Origin: Octopus sinensis
Taxonomy: Eukaryota
Assembly: GCF_006345805.1 (NCBI RefSeq)
Contig: NC_043001.1
Coordinates: 54,622,001 to 54,686,000 of the forward strand
Reading direction: 5' to 3'
Length of the DNA stretch: 64,000 bases
Positions 60,491 through 64,000 of this stretch are shown one piece after another (within the stretch, counting starts at the first letter, position 1; every line of letters starts with the position of its first letter). A program made the position numbers and the translations under genes. The notes below the pieces were generated by a model. It saw only the letters and a list, made by a program, of their open reading frames with translations, was not told the DNA's origin and searched no databases.

Positions 60491-61347
60491 CAAGGTGTGT
60501 TAAAAAAGTATCTGACTTTATTTTTTCCCACCAAAACTAATGTTGCATAGACAAAATCCTTTGGCTGGGATGTGACACCACCCTTTCTGTGTATGTGTGA
60601 AAATTTTTGTGCCAGTAGGTTATGTTAGTTCCTAGCTGTTATGTCTAGAGTAAAGACCTGTAATGCATTGTGCAGAGATATTGCAACAAGTTTTGCTAAA
60701 AACTTGGTGTTACTCAAGCTCAAACCATCCAGAAGATACAGCAGGCATTTGGCGATGATGCCATGGTCAAAACACAGCTCAAGGAATGGTACAACTGCTT
60801 CAAACATGGCTGCATCTTAATAGAGAGCGAGGCATGCTCAGGCAGAAGCCAAAACAAGGAGCTGATTGAGCTTTGGTGAATAGTCATGTAACAATTGTTG
60901 TGTGACAATACAGGAAATTGCTCACAAAGTGGGAGTAAGCACAGCATAATTGAGGATTTGTGCTTGCAGAGTGTGTCAAAATTTGTCCACAAGATGCTGG
61001 GAGAGCAGCAGAAGCAACTCTGCATAGAAATCGCTCAGGACATGCTGGACTGTGCAAACCACAAACCAGACTTCATGAAGACTATCATCACTGGTGATAA
61101 GGCATGGGTTTATAGTCTCTGCTCTATGCGTTAGGTCATCTTGCATGAAAATGAAAAGCTGACAAGTGTGCACTACACATCTGTACTCTAGGCATAACAG
61201 CTGGGAACTGATGCAGTCTACATGTGTGAAAATTTTTACACACACATAGGCAGAATGGCATCCTCTCCCACCCAAAAGATTTTGCCCATGCAGCATTAGT
61301 TTTGGTGGGGAAAAAAATAAAGTCAGATACATTTTGAACACACCCCA
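60491..61347 (+). mobile_element. Non-autonomous mariner with long (~180 bp) imperfect TIRs and TA flanks
   Basis: caaggtgtgttaaaaaagtatctgacttta... vs reverse complement tggggtgtgttcaaaatgtatctgacttta...; ORF remnants QQAFGDDAM..EWYNCFK and KTIITGDKAWVY. Confidence 0.88.
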
Positions 61348-61844
61348 TACATATCACCAAAGGCATTTTTATACATTTATGGCTACATTGTTCTGTGTGT
61401 CCTTCCTATTTAAGATGGTAGGGTGTTATTTGAAAAAGACTTGACTGCTATTTCTTTTAGATGGATTGACCATATAGTGGCTCCCTTGTTGGCTTGTTTA
61501 ATTTAAAAGTATGTTAAACTATTGATAGAACACAAAGTATTTACTTGCTGAAATCTCATATTATCATCTATATCTTGAGATTTCAGCTGACTCACTTAAT
61601 ATCAGTAGTCTTGGGTAGATTGAGAAACTATTGTAAGTGTAGGTGTATATGTAAAAGCTGTGGTCAAATCTTTTCCTTCTCAGACTTTTAAGTTGATAAA
61701 AATTTGATATCAAAAAATGAAATCCGATATATATTTATTTAGTGAATTGATTTGAACTTATCAAGTATTTGAAGATCACCCCGTCTTTCTATTGCATCAG
61801 AGAAATAAAAAAAATCTGTTTTGATTAATCATATTACTAAAAAT

Positions 61845-62065
61845 AAGGCAATGATCTTGCAGAATTGTTCGCATGCTGAACAAAATGCTCAGTGACATTT
61901 TTCCAGCTTTATGTTCGGAGTTCAAATACCTCCGAAGTTGACTCTGCCTTTCATCCTTTTGGGGGTCAATAAAATAAGTACTAGTTGAGTACTAGGGTCA
62001 ATATAATTGATTAACCCTCTGCCCTAAAATTCCAGGTGTTGTACTTCTCTAATAGAAAGGACTAT
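61845..62065 (+). mobile_element. SINE family B (degraded)
   Basis: ggagttcaaatacctccgaagttgactctgcctttcatcc. Confidence 0.75.
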
Positions 62066-62881
62066 TGGAAATGAACTGGCCTGTTTTGAAAAATTTTTTA
62101 ATATTTCTTTTGAAAAATTTTTATTTTTAAACAATAGTTATTTTATGTTATTACTGTTTTTTTTTTTATTCGCTGGTTTATTTTAATTTTTGAAAAATAT
62201 TTTTGTCATATGGGAATTTATGATTTCTGTTCCCAGCTGCTGTTTTATCAGTAACACATTGCTATATTCCCAGCTAACCTATCACCTTATCTCTTATGTT
62301 ATATTATGTCATATCTCTAATTTTATCCCGTTGATGTGGCACTGTCCTTTTAAAGTTGCTTAAAATAGCTAGTTTGCTCTATTCAGTTTATATAAATTCC
62401 TTCTGAAATTGCAAAACTTATTCAGGAGAAAACTGTGTGGTCCCTAGATAGTCCACACCCAGGACTATTTTATCATTAACGAGAACCACTTAAATACTTC
62501 ATTGTATATCAGTTGCTTGTTGGCACAAGGAAATAGATATCTGATTGTACCTTCTGTAGGATTAGTTTGTAGCTTATCTTGAAATAATCTGTTGTTTCAC
62601 TCTTTGTATTAGATCTTGTTATGCACTAGAGACATTGTACACATGGTGTGTTGTTTCACAAGACTGTTGTATACCAGCTCTGTTGCATATATTGTATTGA
62701 TGTATATGAGATAACTCCTTTGTTTTTATTTATGTAATTTAGTGAACAGTGTCATTATAGGTTTCCAATGGAGTTAACACTAACCAGTGTTTCTGGTGGT
62801 GTGTCTGTAATGGGATGCAAAGCATATCTGAAGGGACTTTGTGAAGCACCAGCTTTTCAGTTTCCATGCAATTGTTTATTG

Positions 62882-63229
62882 CAATGGTTCTCAACTGTTG
62901 TCCATATGGCCCCCGAGGGTCCGTTTAAGATTTTGGGGGCCCACACAACAAAATAGTAAATTGGGGATCCACAATAGTATTTTAAGGGTCCCTGAAATTT
63001 TTTTTTACCTTAGATGTATTTATTGGTATGTATTGTAAAAGTCAGCTAGGTTTCTTTCTCTTGCATTTTCACACATTAACCTACTCGTTAATGTGCGAAA
63101 AACAAAATAGGAATTTTGAAAGCAGTATCTATAAAACTAGTTTTTAAACATTGAATGGCTTTGAGGGTCCTCCAGAATAAAATAGTAACCAAAGGGGTCC
63201 ATAGATTAAAAAATGGCTGAGAACCCCTG
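62882..63229. mobile_element. hAT-type MITE with 8-bp TSD (gtttattg/gtttatag)
   Basis: TIRs caatggttctcaac / gctgagaacccctg; 7/8 TSD match. Confidence 0.85.
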
Positions 63230-63338
63230 GTTTATAGCCTTTGTGTGCTTAAAGCCAGCTGGAGGAGATGTTCTTCTGGGGCTACAAGCTACAGTAACAC
63301 CCACCTTTAGTGGTTAGCCATATTGAGATGGCAAATAT

Positions 63339-63426
<88 letters not shown>

Positions 63427-64000
63427 TGAAAGATATATATGTATGTATACAGTAATCCCTTGACTATCGTGGGTGTTACATTCCAAACGCCCTTAATAGG
63501 TGAAAATCTGCAAAGTAGAAACAGTTCTGTACTGTATATATTTTTTATTTTTATATTTGTATGTATTTATTTTATTATAATGCAAAATAGCATTAAGGAG
63601 GAATCAATGTAAGCTTAAATAATAAACTGCAATATGGTGAGGGATTACTGCATAAATATATGTACAGTATGCATCTGTACAGTTTCTGTCTACCTAATTC
63701 CACTCACATGATTGTCAACCTAGGGCTATGGTAAGAGACTCTTCCCTAAGGTCTCTTATGGTAGAATTGAAACCAACACCATATTGTTGGAAAACAAACT
63801 TTTCAGCAACACAGCTGCTCTCTACATTATTGATTACTAGGTTCAGAAGATCTTGCGTGCATTACCTGGCTCTAAATATGAGAACCAGGTCAACACAATA
63901 TGGTTATAGCTAAAAAGCTAATCTAAAACCAAAGTTTTTAGCTCTGTTTATGTGAATTATATGTTGTCATTTAATGCTTGATTTACCAGCTACTTCTGAG

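Overview
Eukaryotic, very AT-rich, repeat-dense DNA. The SINE/LINE-tail families and (TA)n/(CA)n load match what I recognise from octopus genomes; this species call is an inference. No long host-gene ORF, rRNA, genuine tRNA or CRISPR array is present, and almost all ORFs in the supplied track are microsatellite or transposon artefacts. The window is mostly a layered transposon graveyard. It holds a young 5'-truncated RTE LINE with an almost intact RT, further RTE pieces, a CR1-type LINE nested in a hAT MITE, a CRE-type restriction-like-endonuclease LINE end, and a Penelope GIY-YIG fragment. It also holds a full-length decayed Tc1, five mariner/maT relics, Helitron Rep/helicase fragments and termini, piggyBac-type MITEs and about 30 SINE/LINE-tail copies. 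Host genes appear only as low-confidence candidate exons: a minus-strand chain ending at base 1 that resembles a degenerate CbbX/SpoVK AAA domain, a plus-strand ATG-only first exon behind a GTCACGTGAC box at 8.3 kb, and a minus-strand candidate (50.3/45.9/42.2 kb) with a LisH-like N-terminus. The best-supported unusual structures are a six-unit ~330-bp tandem array built from a LINE 3' UTR, a near-perfect ~56-bp hairpin at 14.2 kb, two facing Helitron 3' ends enclosing the Tc1 and a mariner, and several fold-back repeats. I cannot claim a new biological system from this sequence; the hypotheses below say how each could be tested.
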